DNA of 64,000 nt, taken from assembly GCA_041648895.1 (NCBI GenBank), contig JBAZOB010000001.1, forward strand, positions 15,093 through 79,092, given 5' to 3'. Below are positions 26,810-36,130 of this stretch, one piece after another. Origin of the DNA: Patescibacteria group bacterium (lineage in GTDB: Bacteria; Patescibacteriota; JAHJAL01). The number at the start of each line of letters is the position of its first letter. The stretch's first letter is position 1. The position numbers and the translations under genes are program-made. The notes under the pieces are model-generated. The model searched no databases and was not told where the DNA came from. It worked only from the letters and a program-made list of their open reading frames with translations.

Positions 26810-27451
26810 TTATGGGGCGTACCAGTCGATGGGATCGACGTTTTGGTAGTGGTCGCTGTCTTCGACAACGATATCGATATAATCGTGGGAGGGGCAACCA
26901 ATGTCCAAGCCACAAGTGACAAATTCGCTGTAGTAGGCTTTGTAGCTTGAGTCACCCAAGTAGGCATAGATGTTATAGGTGCCGGGTGGGACGACTAACT
27001 TGTAGCCGCGGCCGGCGGTGTATTTGGGGTCATCGATTAGATTAATAGTGCAAATATCATTGAAATTACCGGAGGTCTCTTGAGCGCAAACGGTCATGTC
27101 GGGAATAACTTCAGAGGGGTAAGAAAGGCTGCCTTCAATGGTGCCCGATGGGTTTGATTCTTCAATTGAATTTTTATCAACACTGGGATCGGTTTGATCG
27201 GAATCATCGTTTAATTTTTCCAGTTCTTTTTCGAGTTTCTCCAGTTCATCGGTAAAGGAATTGTCGAGTTGGTTGTTGGTTGTTTCCTGGACTATCTTTT
27301 GGCTGACAAAATAACCGCCGGCGATAGCCAGTATCGCGGATAGTATTGCCAAGATAACGGGTATAAGAATACAGGCGCCAATTATCCACCAGATGGTGTT
27401 ATTTTTGGAAGGAGAAGCTTGATTGGAATTAGGGGTTTGGTTGGCTGACAT
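26810..27451 (-). CDS. Membrane-anchored hypothetical protein: N-terminal TM helix, coiled-coil/acidic linker, C-terminal domain.
   Basis: WWIIGACILIPVILAILSAILAIAGGYF is the TM helix. ELEKLEKELEKL is the linker repeat. Confidence 0.5.
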   Translation of the reverse strand: MSANQTPNSNQASPSKNNTIWWIIGACILIPVILAILSAILAIAGGYFVSQKIVQETTNNQLDNSFTDELEKLEKELEKLNDDSDQTDPSVDKNSIEESNPSGTIEGSLSYPSEVIPDMTVCAQETSGNFNDICTINLIDDPKYTAGRGYKLVVPPGTYNIYAYLGDSSYKAYYSEFVTCGLDIGCPSHDYIDIVVEDSDHYQNVDPIDWYAP

Positions 27452-27466
27452 ATTTCTAATTTGTAA

Positions 27467-29119
27467 TTATTTAAGGCTGTGTTTAATAAAATTAACAAAA
27501 AGTGGATGGGGGGCAAGGGGGCGGGATTTGTATTCGGGGTGAAATTGAACGCCGACAAAGAAGGGATGAATTTTATTGGATAGTTCGATGGCTTCGACTA
27601 GCTCGCCGTCGGGGGAGGTGCCGGCAATAATGAGACCGGCTTTTTCGAGTTGTTTGCGGTATTTATTATTGAATTCGTAGCGGTGGCGGTGTCTTTCACT
27701 GACAATGTATTGGTTGGTGGCTGATTTATCAGTTGAATATTTAAGATATGATTCGGCTAGTTTAGTTTTGGGTTGAAGCACGCAGGGATAGGCGCCGAGG
27801 CGAATAGTGCCGCCGTACTGATGTTTGGCGAGATATTCTTTTTGACGGGGCATAATGTGAATGACGGGATATTTGGTTTGAGAATTAACTTCTTCGCTGT
27901 TGGCTTGGTCGAGCCGGCAAACATGACGGGCAAATTCAATCACGGCCATTTGCATACCGAAACAAAGTCCTAAAAATGGTATTTTTTTCTCCCGCAGGTA
28001 TCTGATAGCGGCAATTTTGCCTTCCACGCCGCGTGATCCCCAGCCTTGCGGGATGATGACGCCATCAAAATCGGCTAATTTTTTGACGTTGGCGGGATTT
28101 TTTTCAAAATCGGCCGAATTAATCCAGGTAAATTCCGGTTGTACCTGGTTGGCCCAGGCGCCGTGTTTGACAGCTTCGATAACTGATATATACGAATCAG
28201 ATAAGGTAAAGTTGCCAATGTCGAAATATTTCCCTACCATGGCGATTTTGACTGTTTTTTTGATGCCGTCAATTTTCTTGATCAGATTGTGCCAGGTGGA
28301 AAATTCATTTTTTTTCGGTTGAAGATTTAGTTTTTTGATAATTTTGTCATCCAGTTGTTGATCTTTGAATATACCGGGAATGCGGTAGATAGTATCGACG
28401 TTGGGGTTGGAGATGATGTTTTCGACGTCGATACTGCAGTTGCGAGCCAAGGTGGCGCGGCGCGGTTCGTCCATATAGGTGTCGGCGCGGCCGATGATGA
28501 AATCAGGCATGACGCCGGAGCTCATCAGGGTGCGGACGGAGGTTTGAACGGGTTTAGATTTCATTTCGCCCAGGAAAGAAGGGATAGGAAGATAGCCAAC
28601 ATGGACATGAATGACGTCGTTTTTGTGGCGGTATTTCATGATACGGTTGGCTTCAATAAATAATATATTTTGATATTCACCGACGGTGCCACCAATTTCA
28701 ATGAGTACTACCTCAGCTTTACTAACCCGGCCGGCTTCTTCAAAGCGGCGGATCATTTCCTCGGGGACATGGGGCACAATTTCCACGTCTTCGCCTTCAT
28801 ATTCAAAAGCTCTTTCTTTGCGAATAATTTCTTGATAGACCATGCCATTGGTGAGGTAGTTGGCACGTTTTAGATCGCTGTTTATAAATCTCTCATAGTT
28901 GCCAATGTCCTGGTCGCATTCTAGGCCGTCGTCGGTAACAAAAACTTCGCCGTGTTCCTGTGGGCGGATGGTGCCGGCGTCGACGTTCATGTAGGCGTCG
29001 CATTTGACGCAAGTAACGCGGATGCCTTTGGATTTTAGTAGTAGAGCAATGGAAGCGGTGGTAATTCCTTTTCCTAAACCCGAAATTACCCCACCGGAGA
29101 CAAATATGTATTTGGTCAT
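27467..29119 (-). CDS. pyrG: CTP synthase.
   Basis: MTKYIFVSGGVISGLGKGITTASIALLL at the N-terminus. The C-terminal glutamine amidotransferase domain has GLCFGMQ and the HRHRYE motif region. The start is moved to the ATG matching the canonical MTKYIF N-terminus; the tracked ORF uses an upstream TTG. Confidence 0.85.
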   Translation of the reverse strand: MTKYIFVSGGVISGLGKGITTASIALLLKSKGIRVTCVKCDAYMNVDAGTIRPQEHGEVFVTDDGLECDQDIGNYERFINSDLKRANYLTNGMVYQEIIRKERAFEYEGEDVEIVPHVPEEMIRRFEEAGRVSKAEVVLIEIGGTVGEYQNILFIEANRIMKYRHKNDVIHVHVGYLPIPSFLGEMKSKPVQTSVRTLMSSGVMPDFIIGRADTYMDEPRRATLARNCSIDVENIISNPNVDTIYRIPGIFKDQQLDDKIIKKLNLQPKKNEFSTWHNLIKKIDGIKKTVKIAMVGKYFDIGNFTLSDSYISVIEAVKHGAWANQVQPEFTWINSADFEKNPANVKKLADFDGVIIPQGWGSRGVEGKIAAIRYLREKKIPFLGLCFGMQMAVIEFARHVCRLDQANSEEVNSQTKYPVIHIMPRQKEYLAKHQYGGTIRLGAYPCVLQPKTKLAESYLKYSTDKSATNQYIVSERHRHRYEFNNKYRKQLEKAGLIIAGTSPDGELVEAIELSNKIHPFFVGVQFHPEYKSRPLAPHPLFVNFIKHSLK

Positions 29120-29293
29120 GAAGTGTTTTAATTTGTACAAGATAATATTGTAACGTTAATGAACAAAAGTCGGAAGTGAAATCAATATAATATTAATTTA
29201 ATCTCGAGGTTATTTTTTATTAATCAGGTATTTGATAATATTGATATGGACTTAATTAATGAGTAGTGTGAATTAATAATATGATCTACTTGG

Positions 29294-29410
29294 ATGAGAT
29301 CCCCGCCTTGAGCGGGGATGACATCATCAAGTTTATTATAAACGCCTTATTGATGAGATCCCCGATAACCGGAGCGCTCCGCTATGCTCCGCTTCCGGTC
29401 GGGGATGACA
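29294..29410. repeat. GC-rich palindromic MITE-like element, copy 4, closely related to copy 1.
   Basis: ATGAGATCCCCGCCTTGAGCGGGGATGACA ... GATCCCCGATAACCGGAGCGCTCCGCTATGCTCCGCTTCCGGTCGGGGATGACA, in the divergent pyrG/dnaG region. Confidence 0.8.
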
Positions 29411-29468
29411 TGAGGGATAGTTAATTAGCACAATTCATTAATTAATGAATAATTAATAATTATTTTTT

Positions 29469-31196
29469 GTGAACGAAATTGAAGATATAAAAAGTCGGAT
29501 CGATATTGTCGAATTGGCCAAAGAGTACATGACACTCCGGCCGGCGGGGCGCAATATGAAGGCGATTTGTCCGTTGCATAGCGAGAAGACGCCTTCGCTG
29601 ATGATTGCCAAAGATAAACAGATCTGGCGGTGTTTTGGTTGTGGCGAAGGCGGCGATATTTTCACCATGGTGCAAAAAATGGAAGGGGTGGATTTTTATG
29701 AAGCGCTAAAAATACTGGCTGAAAAGGTGGGAGTGGAGTTAAAAAAAGATCCGGGATTTATTAAATACAAGCAGCAAGAGCAGGTCATGGCCGATATCAA
29801 CGCGGTGGCGATGGAATTTTATCATCAGGCTTTTTTGCGGAGCAAATCGGGTCAAGTGGCTCGAGATTATATTGCTGGGAGAGGTTTAGACCAGCCGACG
29901 GTGGCTAAATTTAAAATTGGTTTCGCGCCTAATCTTTGGGAGGCTTTGACATCATTTTTGGCAAAGAGAAAGTATTCATTGGACCAGATTGTTAAAGTTG
30001 GGCTGGGTTCGTATACCAAAAAAAGAACCGTGGTGGACCGGTTTCGGGGGCGGGTGATGTTTCCGATCTGGAATGAGCGAGGGCGGGTGGTGGGGTTTAC
30101 GGGTCGGGTGTTGGACGAAAAAGATAATCCTAAATATTTGAATACGGCGGCGACCAGTTTGTTTGACAAGAGTCGATTGTGGTATGCCATGAATCTGGCC
30201 AAGAATAAAATCCGGGAAAAAAGGGAAGCGATAATTTGTGAGGGGCAAATGGATGTGATCACTTGTCATCAATTTGGCTTTGACTGGGCGGTATGCAGTT
30301 CGGGTACGGCCGTCTCCAATTATCAAATGCGGCAAATCAAGCGCTTGGCGGATACAATTTTATTGGCTTTTGATAACGATGAAGCCGGGCGTAAATCAGG
30401 TTATCGTTTGACGGAGATGGCTTTGGAAGAGGGATTGATGGTCAAAGTGATTGATATGGGCAAATATAAAGATCCGGACGAGTTTATTCGGGCTGATTTA
30501 TCTGGTTGGCAGCAGTCAATGACCGGGGCGTTGGGTTTTGTGGAGTATTTTTTGCAGGCTTTTGGCCATAATTTACAGAACGCTAAAGATAAAAGCCAGC
30601 TAGCCGATAATATTATTCCTTTGATTTATCGAGTCAAAGATGAAATTGGACGGGGACATTATATTTCGGAGTTGGCGGAACGTTTGAGTGTGGATGAACA
30701 GTTTGTGTTGCAGAAATATAATTCTTATCAACCGCGAGCGGCGGCCGGCCAGCAAAAAGAAGCTGGTCCGGTTAAAAAGATAACTTATGAGGAACGGTTG
30801 GTGGCGTTGCTGATATTGTTGGCTGATATGTTTGGCGAGGTGAAGTTTGATTTGCAGGACGAAATATTGTCTGATAAAATGATAAAGATAATGCAAGTAT
30901 TGAAAAAGAATGCTAATCAGAAATTTACCTGGGATTGGTTTCGAGATTTGTCGGGAGAAGATTTGAGTCGATGGCAGCAGCTGGTGATGACGGTGGAAAA
31001 GGATTATGACCAGGTTGACAAGGAGATGCTTTTGACAGAGATAGGGATGTTGGCGGATCGGATAAAAGAGGCCAATAAAGATGAACAGAAAGGTAATCTG
31101 GAGCAGGCAATTGTTGAGGCCGAATCAAGTGGTGACCGGGAGAAGGTAAAAGACTATATTAGGAGGTTGCAGGACTTGATTATTAACGATAAGTAG
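29469..31196 (+). CDS. dnaG: DNA primase.
   Basis: CHC2 zinc finger CPLHSEKTPSLMI...WRCFGCGEGGDIF. TOPRIM region EGQMDVITCHQFG...LAFDNDEAG. GTG start. Confidence 0.85.
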   Translation: MNEIEDIKSRIDIVELAKEYMTLRPAGRNMKAICPLHSEKTPSLMIAKDKQIWRCFGCGEGGDIFTMVQKMEGVDFYEALKILAEKVGVELKKDPGFIKYKQQEQVMADINAVAMEFYHQAFLRSKSGQVARDYIAGRGLDQPTVAKFKIGFAPNLWEALTSFLAKRKYSLDQIVKVGLGSYTKKRTVVDRFRGRVMFPIWNERGRVVGFTGRVLDEKDNPKYLNTAATSLFDKSRLWYAMNLAKNKIREKREAIICEGQMDVITCHQFGFDWAVCSSGTAVSNYQMRQIKRLADTILLAFDNDEAGRKSGYRLTEMALEEGLMVKVIDMGKYKDPDEFIRADLSGWQQSMTGALGFVEYFLQAFGHNLQNAKDKSQLADNIIPLIYRVKDEIGRGHYISELAERLSVDEQFVLQKYNSYQPRAAAGQQKEAGPVKKITYEERLVALLILLADMFGEVKFDLQDEILSDKMIKIMQVLKKNANQKFTWDWFRDLSGEDLSRWQQLVMTVEKDYDQVDKEMLLTEIGMLADRIKEANKDEQKGNLEQAIVEAESSGDREKVKDYIRRLQDLIINDK

Positions 31197-31257
31197 GAAT
31201 ATTTTTTAAAAACCTTTGGTATGACAAGGGTTTGTTGTTGTTTGTATAATAATTTTT

Positions 31258-32673
31258 ATGAAAAAAGCGTCTAAAAAAAGTTTGACCAAAAAGTTGAAAA
31301 AGAAAAAAAACCAGCCGAAATTGAAAAAAAAGCCGGTAGGCAAGAAAGCTAGATTGAAAGTTAAAACCAAGAAGAAAATAGTTAAAAAAATAGTTAAGAA
31401 GAAAATTGTTAAAAAGCCGCCAAAGCCGGTGATAGTTAAGAAAAAGCCTTTGGTGAAGCCAGCCAGTAAAGCAATTACCAAAGTGGAAGAGACGCCGGTC
31501 AAAAAAAGATCAAGAGCCAAAAAGAAAGTGGGGTTGTCTAAAGACGAGATTTTGGCCAAGATAACCACGGAAATTTATGGTGACAATGTCGATAAAGTTA
31601 GTGAACTGGTGAGCAAAGGGCGGGAGCAGGGATTTATCACGCAGCGGGAAATCATGCAAACCCTGCCGACGATTGAAGATGATATTGAGCTGCTGGATGA
31701 ATTTTATTCTTTGCTCTCGGAAGCGGGTATTGAAATGATGGAGAGTGAGGAAAAGTTGAAAGATGTGGTGGCGCCCTCGGAAATGGAATTATTACAGTCG
31801 GCGGCGGAATATGAGGCGGAAGTGAAGGAAGAAGCTTTGCAGGATGTTTCTCGTGATTCGGTCCGATTATATTTGCGCGAGATTGGTCGGGTAGCTCTGC
31901 TGAAACCTCACGAAGAGGTGGAATTGGCTAAACGGATGGAAAAGGGTGACCAATTGGCTAAACAGAAATTGATTGAAGCCAATTTACGTCTGGTGGTCAG
32001 TATTGCCAAACGTTATGTGGGGCGGGGGTTGAGTTTACTCGATCTGATCCAAGAAGGTAATACTGGTTTATTACGAGCCGTAGAGAAGTTTGATTACCGT
32101 AAAGGGTACAAATTTTCGACCTATGGTACGTGGTGGATCAGACAAGCGATTACGCGGGCGATTGCTGACCAAGCGCGGACCATTCGGATTCCGGTACATA
32201 TGGTGGAGACGATCAATAAACTAACTCGGGTGCAACGGCATTTGGTACAGGCCTTGGGACGCGAGCCGTTGCCGGAAGAAATCGCGGCCGAGATGGGGAT
32301 TGAGCTGGACAAGGTCCGCTATGTCCTGAAAATTTCGCAAGAAACTGTTTCATTGGAAGCGCCGGTGGGCGAAGAAGAAGACAGTTATTTGGGTGATTTT
32401 TTGGAGGACAAGGTAACTCTATCACCCAAGGATTCGGCGACGGTTCAGTTGTTGAAAGATCATCTGGCTAAGGTTTTGGAATTATTGTCCCCGCGGGAAA
32501 AACGTATTTTGGAGATGCGGTTTGGTTTGGTGGACGGGACGACTCGCACTTTGGAAGAGGTGGGGAAGGAGTTTGGGGTGACGCGTGAACGTATCCGTCA
32601 AATTGAAGCCAAGGCCTTGATGCGACTGCGCCGCAATCGGGAAAGTCGGCAGTTGCTTGATTATTTGAGATAA
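31258..32673 (+). CDS. rpoD: RNA polymerase sigma-70 factor with a roughly 100-aa lysine-rich N-terminal extension.
   Basis: Region 2 [29 protein letters not shown], region 3 and region 4 ([23 protein letters not shown]). The N-terminus is [43 protein letters not shown]. Confidence 0.85.
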   Translation: MKKASKKSLTKKLKKKKNQPKLKKKPVGKKARLKVKTKKKIVKKIVKKKIVKKPPKPVIVKKKPLVKPASKAITKVEETPVKKRSRAKKKVGLSKDEILAKITTEIYGDNVDKVSELVSKGREQGFITQREIMQTLPTIEDDIELLDEFYSLLSEAGIEMMESEEKLKDVVAPSEMELLQSAAEYEAEVKEEALQDVSRDSVRLYLREIGRVALLKPHEEVELAKRMEKGDQLAKQKLIEANLRLVVSIAKRYVGRGLSLLDLIQEGNTGLLRAVEKFDYRKGYKFSTYGTWWIRQAITRAIADQARTIRIPVHMVETINKLTRVQRHLVQALGREPLPEEIAAEMGIELDKVRYVLKISQETVSLEAPVGEEEDSYLGDFLEDKVTLSPKDSATVQLLKDHLAKVLELLSPREKRILEMRFGLVDGTTRTLEEVGKEFGVTRERIRQIEAKALMRLRRNRESRQLLDYLR

Positions 32674-32867
32674 TTACGAATTAGGAATTAGGAAGGACGA
32701 ATTGGATTGGTCATACATCATTTTTTTAATTAATGGCAGCGAAGGTTTGGTCGGTGTTGTGTTATGGTGGAACTGTATAATAATAGTTAGTTTTATGGCT
32801 AGCCATATAATAAAAAAAATGATGTATGACCAATCCAATTCGTCCTTCCTAATTCGTAATTCGTAAT
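32671..32867. repeat. Large palindromic element B, about 197 bp, homologous to element A in its core. Its arms differ from A but remain self-complementary.
   Basis: AATTACGAATTAGGAATTAGGAAGGACGAATTGGATTGGTCATACATCATTTTTTTAATTAA ... core TTAATTAATGGCAGCGAAGGTTTGGTCGGTG...AGTTTTATGGCTAGCCATATAAT ... reverse-complement arm. Confidence 0.8.
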
Positions 32868-32870
32868 TTT

Positions 32871-34097
32871 ATGTTTGGTTTTTCCAATATTTTTCGTCGG
32901 ATTAAAAGTAGTAATAAATCAGCCAGATTATTGTATCTGGCTGTTTTAATGTTGTTTTTCTTTTGTTTATTCGATGGTTTGCTAACCAATTTGATGCCAC
33001 TTTTAATGACTCAAAATGGCATATCGGAAACATTGATGGGGACGATTATTGGTTTTTCAGCGATGTTTGGTCTGTTTTTTGATTTTTGGTTGTGTCGGCT
33101 TTTGAAAAATGTGCATTATCGACGAATATATTTGTTGATGTTTTTGATCGCGGCCGTGTTTTTATTGTTGTTGTGGCAAGCAGAAACGGTTACGGTTTTT
33201 TTGCTGGGGATGGCTTTGTGGGGTTTATATTATGATTTGTTTAGCATTGCCAATATTGATCTGGTGACCGACACTACTACTAAAAGTGATTATTCATCTG
33301 GGTTCGGCTGGCTGCGGGTTTTTGTGGGGTTGGGATATTTGGTGGCGACGGTGGTGGCGGGTTTTTTTATGTCTCAGCGGGTGGGAGCGAGTTTTTTTGT
33401 GACAACGGGTATGGTTTGGATTTTGGCCATGATTGTTTGGGTGGTTTTAAATTTGGCTGGCAATGAGCACAAGCCGATTTCCATGGTTGAGAAAAAAATT
33501 GGTTTGGGGCGAGAGCTTGGGCTTTGGTCCAGGATCGGCCGGCGAATTTTCCCCGTCTTATTGATTACTTTTTTAATCAATGTGATTGATGCTTTTTTCT
33601 GGGTGGTGGGGCCGTTGTTGGTGCATGATTTGCTGCGTGAACACAGTTGGGGGGCGTGGTTTATTACTTTATATTTATTGCCACTTTTGATTACTGGTTG
33701 GTTGGTGGGTCGGGTGAGTGCCAGGTTGGGCAAAAAAAAGACGGCGCTGGTGGCTTTGGGGTTGGGTTTTGTGGTGCTCGGTTTATTTGTTTATTTTGAT
33801 CAGTCAGGGTGGCTGCTGGTGTTAAGTTTCTTATCTTCCTTTTTTATTTCTTTTGCCTGGCCGGCGGTGACGGGGGCCTATGCGGACTATGTTCAGGAAA
33901 ATCCGGCATTGGCCAGGGAGATTGAGACCTTGCAAGATTCTTTTACCAATCTTGGTTTTGTGGTGGGACCGGTGCTGGCTGGCTGGTTGGCTGAATCCTA
34001 TGGTCATGTCTGGAGTTTTTCGGTATTGGGTTGGATGGGATTGGTGATGGTGACGGTTTTGTGGCTGGCGATGCCGCGGCGAATTAGTTTGTCATGA
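32871..34097 (+). CDS. MFS-family transporter.
   Basis: About 12 predicted TM helices in 408 aa with a central cytoplasmic loop; typical MFS topology. Confidence 0.6.
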   Translation: MFGFSNIFRRIKSSNKSARLLYLAVLMLFFFCLFDGLLTNLMPLLMTQNGISETLMGTIIGFSAMFGLFFDFWLCRLLKNVHYRRIYLLMFLIAAVFLLLLWQAETVTVFLLGMALWGLYYDLFSIANIDLVTDTTTKSDYSSGFGWLRVFVGLGYLVATVVAGFFMSQRVGASFFVTTGMVWILAMIVWVVLNLAGNEHKPISMVEKKIGLGRELGLWSRIGRRIFPVLLITFLINVIDAFFWVVGPLLVHDLLREHSWGAWFITLYLLPLLITGWLVGRVSARLGKKKTALVALGLGFVVLGLFVYFDQSGWLLVLSFLSSFFISFAWPAVTGAYADYVQENPALAREIETLQDSFTNLGFVVGPVLAGWLAESYGHVWSFSVLGWMGLVMVTVLWLAMPRRISLS

Positions 34098-34209
34098 TGG
34101 GGGATAATTTTCGTGACTGATGGTTTGAATTGTCATTTGGTTTGATGTAATATTTGATTTGTAGGAAAATTTAATGACCCGTTATTGCCAAGGCTAAAAA
34201 CGGGCGCGG

Positions 34210-34283
34210 TCCGGAGTAGCTCAGCTGGTTAGAGCGACTGACTGTTAATCAGTAGGTCGTGGGTTCGAGTCCCACCTCCGGAG
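34210..34283 (+). tRNA. tRNA-Asn (anticodon GTT); no encoded CCA.
   Basis: Hand fold: acceptor TCCGGAG/CTCCGGA, D-arm GCTC-AGCTGGTTA-GAGC, anticodon stem ACTGA/TCAGT with loop CTGTTAA, T-arm GTGGG-TTCGAGT-CCCAC. Confidence 0.8.
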
Positions 34284-35768
34284 TTTGTAAGAACACTCTT
34301 TAGCCTGCAGAAGAAGGTCGAAGGGTGTTTTTAGTTTGTAGATTATGTTTTCGTCTTTCAGTTGTAAGTTCGAAAATACGAATTTGAGTAATTGCCGTTT
34401 TTTGTCTATTTCCGAACTTTTGGCAAAAATTTGAGGAGCTTTGGAACAGACATTTAGTAGAAAGGTAACTGATTTTACGAATTTTTCATCAGCCTCAGTA
34501 TGATCTTTCATAGACTGAGTAATTTCATATTGTCTATTTTTTAAATCTTTGGCTTTTTTGTCATATTCATCTTGAGTAATACTCCTATTAATACAGAGGT
34601 CCAAGAGTGTATCAAGAGAGGTTTGAATTTTGGTGTATTCGGTTTGAAGTTCGGTAATACTATTTTTATGGTATTCAATTTTGGCTTGGTGAGTTTGGTT
34701 AACTTGATTAATTAGATCGGCGAGGATATCGTCCGGAATAACTAATAAATCGAGTATTTTATTGATTTGTTTTAATAATTGCTTTTCTTCCATTCTTTTG
34801 GCTCCGTGTTTGCCTTTTGATTCGGTACATTTGAGATAGATATATTTATTTTTCTTTTTGTCTGATGAGATAGCACATCCACAATCAGCACATTCAATCA
34901 TTCCTCGACCTAAAACTGAAGCATGGATAGTGGACCATTTGAAGGGTTTTTTGTGATAACCTTGGATAACATCCTGACAGCGATCAAATAATTCTTTAGT
35001 AATTAGATTACCGTGATTGTGCGGTGCTATATTTTCTTTAACTTTCATCATTCCGTAATAAAACGGATTGGTAATGACATGGTTTAACCGACTGTGGGAT
35101 AAATAATTATAGGGAGGTTTGTTGTTGGTAAGACCTTTCTTTTTCATTAAATTTGCTAATCCGCGGATGGAATAACTGCCGGTAGCATATAGGTTGAATA
35201 TTTCTTGGACCAAATACGCTCTTTGTTTGTCTATAATAATAATTTTTCTTTTTGTGATTGGGTCTTCTTCATTTAGATAACCAATTGGTGCTTTAGTTAG
35301 CCATTCGCCACGTTTGATTTTTCCTTCGAATGCGCGTTTGACGTTGTCGCTTATTGCATCGGAATAGTATTTGGCTAGTCCAAGATTCATGGCGAAATGA
35401 AATTTTTCAACGGCGGATATATTGGAATTAATAACAAGGTTATCTGAAACAAAGTGCATTTCAATTTTATCCAACATTGTCATCTCGTACAGGTTGGATA
35501 TTCTTTTATCAAAAACATTTCGGGAAAATCTATCAACTTTATCAAAACAAATTACTAATTTTTCTTTTGATTTTTTGATGTAATCAATCATTTTGTCAAA
35601 ATCATCTCTTTTGTTTCGATATGCTCCTTCGTCAAAACTGTATTGTTTAACGATGGGGAGGTCTTTTTTTTGACAATATTTAATCATCCGATCAGTTTGA
35701 GCTGGTAGGGAATTACCAGCGTCTTTTTGCTCTTCGGTTGATACTCTGGCTAATATTATGGCTTTCAT
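34245..35768 (-). CDS. Large serine recombinase (resolvase catalytic domain, recombinase domain, zinc ribbon); integrase of the downstream island. The 3' end overlaps tRNA-Asn.
   Basis: N-terminal MKAIILARVSTEEQ...SLPAQ (catalytic Ser). FDKVDRFSRNV. Zn ribbon CADCGCAIS...C. The last roughly 13 codons run through the tRNA-Asn 3' half on the opposite strand. Confidence 0.75.
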   Translation of the reverse strand: MKAIILARVSTEEQKDAGNSLPAQTDRMIKYCQKKDLPIVKQYSFDEGAYRNKRDDFDKMIDYIKKSKEKLVICFDKVDRFSRNVFDKRISNLYEMTMLDKIEMHFVSDNLVINSNISAVEKFHFAMNLGLAKYYSDAISDNVKRAFEGKIKRGEWLTKAPIGYLNEEDPITKRKIIIIDKQRAYLVQEIFNLYATGSYSIRGLANLMKKKGLTNNKPPYNYLSHSRLNHVITNPFYYGMMKVKENIAPHNHGNLITKELFDRCQDVIQGYHKKPFKWSTIHASVLGRGMIECADCGCAISSDKKKNKYIYLKCTESKGKHGAKRMEEKQLLKQINKILDLLVIPDDILADLINQVNQTHQAKIEYHKNSITELQTEYTKIQTSLDTLLDLCINRSITQDEYDKKAKDLKNRQYEITQSMKDHTEADEKFVKSVTFLLNVCSKAPQIFAKSSEIDKKRQLLKFVFSNLQLKDENIIYKLKTPFDLLLQAKECSYKLRRWDSNPRPTD

Positions 35769-35866
35769 TTGGTAAAAAAGTGATTATTGTTATAAAATTG
35801 AAGTAGTGTTTATAATCTAATGTTATCAAATGTTATCATATTTATCAAAAATGAGATAAAAATATT

Positions 35867-36076
35867 ATGGATAAAAAAATAGACAATGATGTGAATCCGG
35901 AAATGTCAAAATTACTTACTTTGAAGCAGGCTTGTGAGATATTGCAATGTCATCCCAATACTTTGAGGCAGTGGGATAAAAAGGGCATATTGAAAGCGAT
36001 AAGAATTGGTATTAAAAAAGCGAGAAGGTATAGGAGAGAGGATATAGAGGAGTTTATTAATAAGAAGTATGATTAA
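35867..36076 (+). CDS. Excisionase/AlpA-like helix-turn-helix DNA-binding protein.
   Basis: LLTLKQACEILQCHPNTLRQWDKKGILKAIRIG is a MerR/excisionase-type HTH in a 69-aa protein next to the integrase. Confidence 0.55.
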   Translation: MDKKIDNDVNPEMSKLLTLKQACEILQCHPNTLRQWDKKGILKAIRIGIKKARRYRREDIEEFINKKYD

Positions 36077-36130
36077 TTGTTCGATTTTTTAATACTGGTT
36101 TGATATAAATATGTATTAGCTAAAGATGTA

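Noticed and set aside
418-29410. The 30-nt palindromic unit TGTCATCCCCGCCTTGAGCGGGGATCTCAT looked like a CRISPR repeat.
   Set aside because: Copies occur as inverted pairs or solo hairpins scattered over about 29 kb. They do not form a regularly spaced direct-repeat array with unique spacers, and no cas genes are present.
31206-31568. 120-aa minus-strand ORF opposite the rpoD 5' region.
   Set aside because: It is an artefact of the poly-A/poly-T lysine-codon tract (translating as Phe/Leu runs) and is antisense to rpoD.
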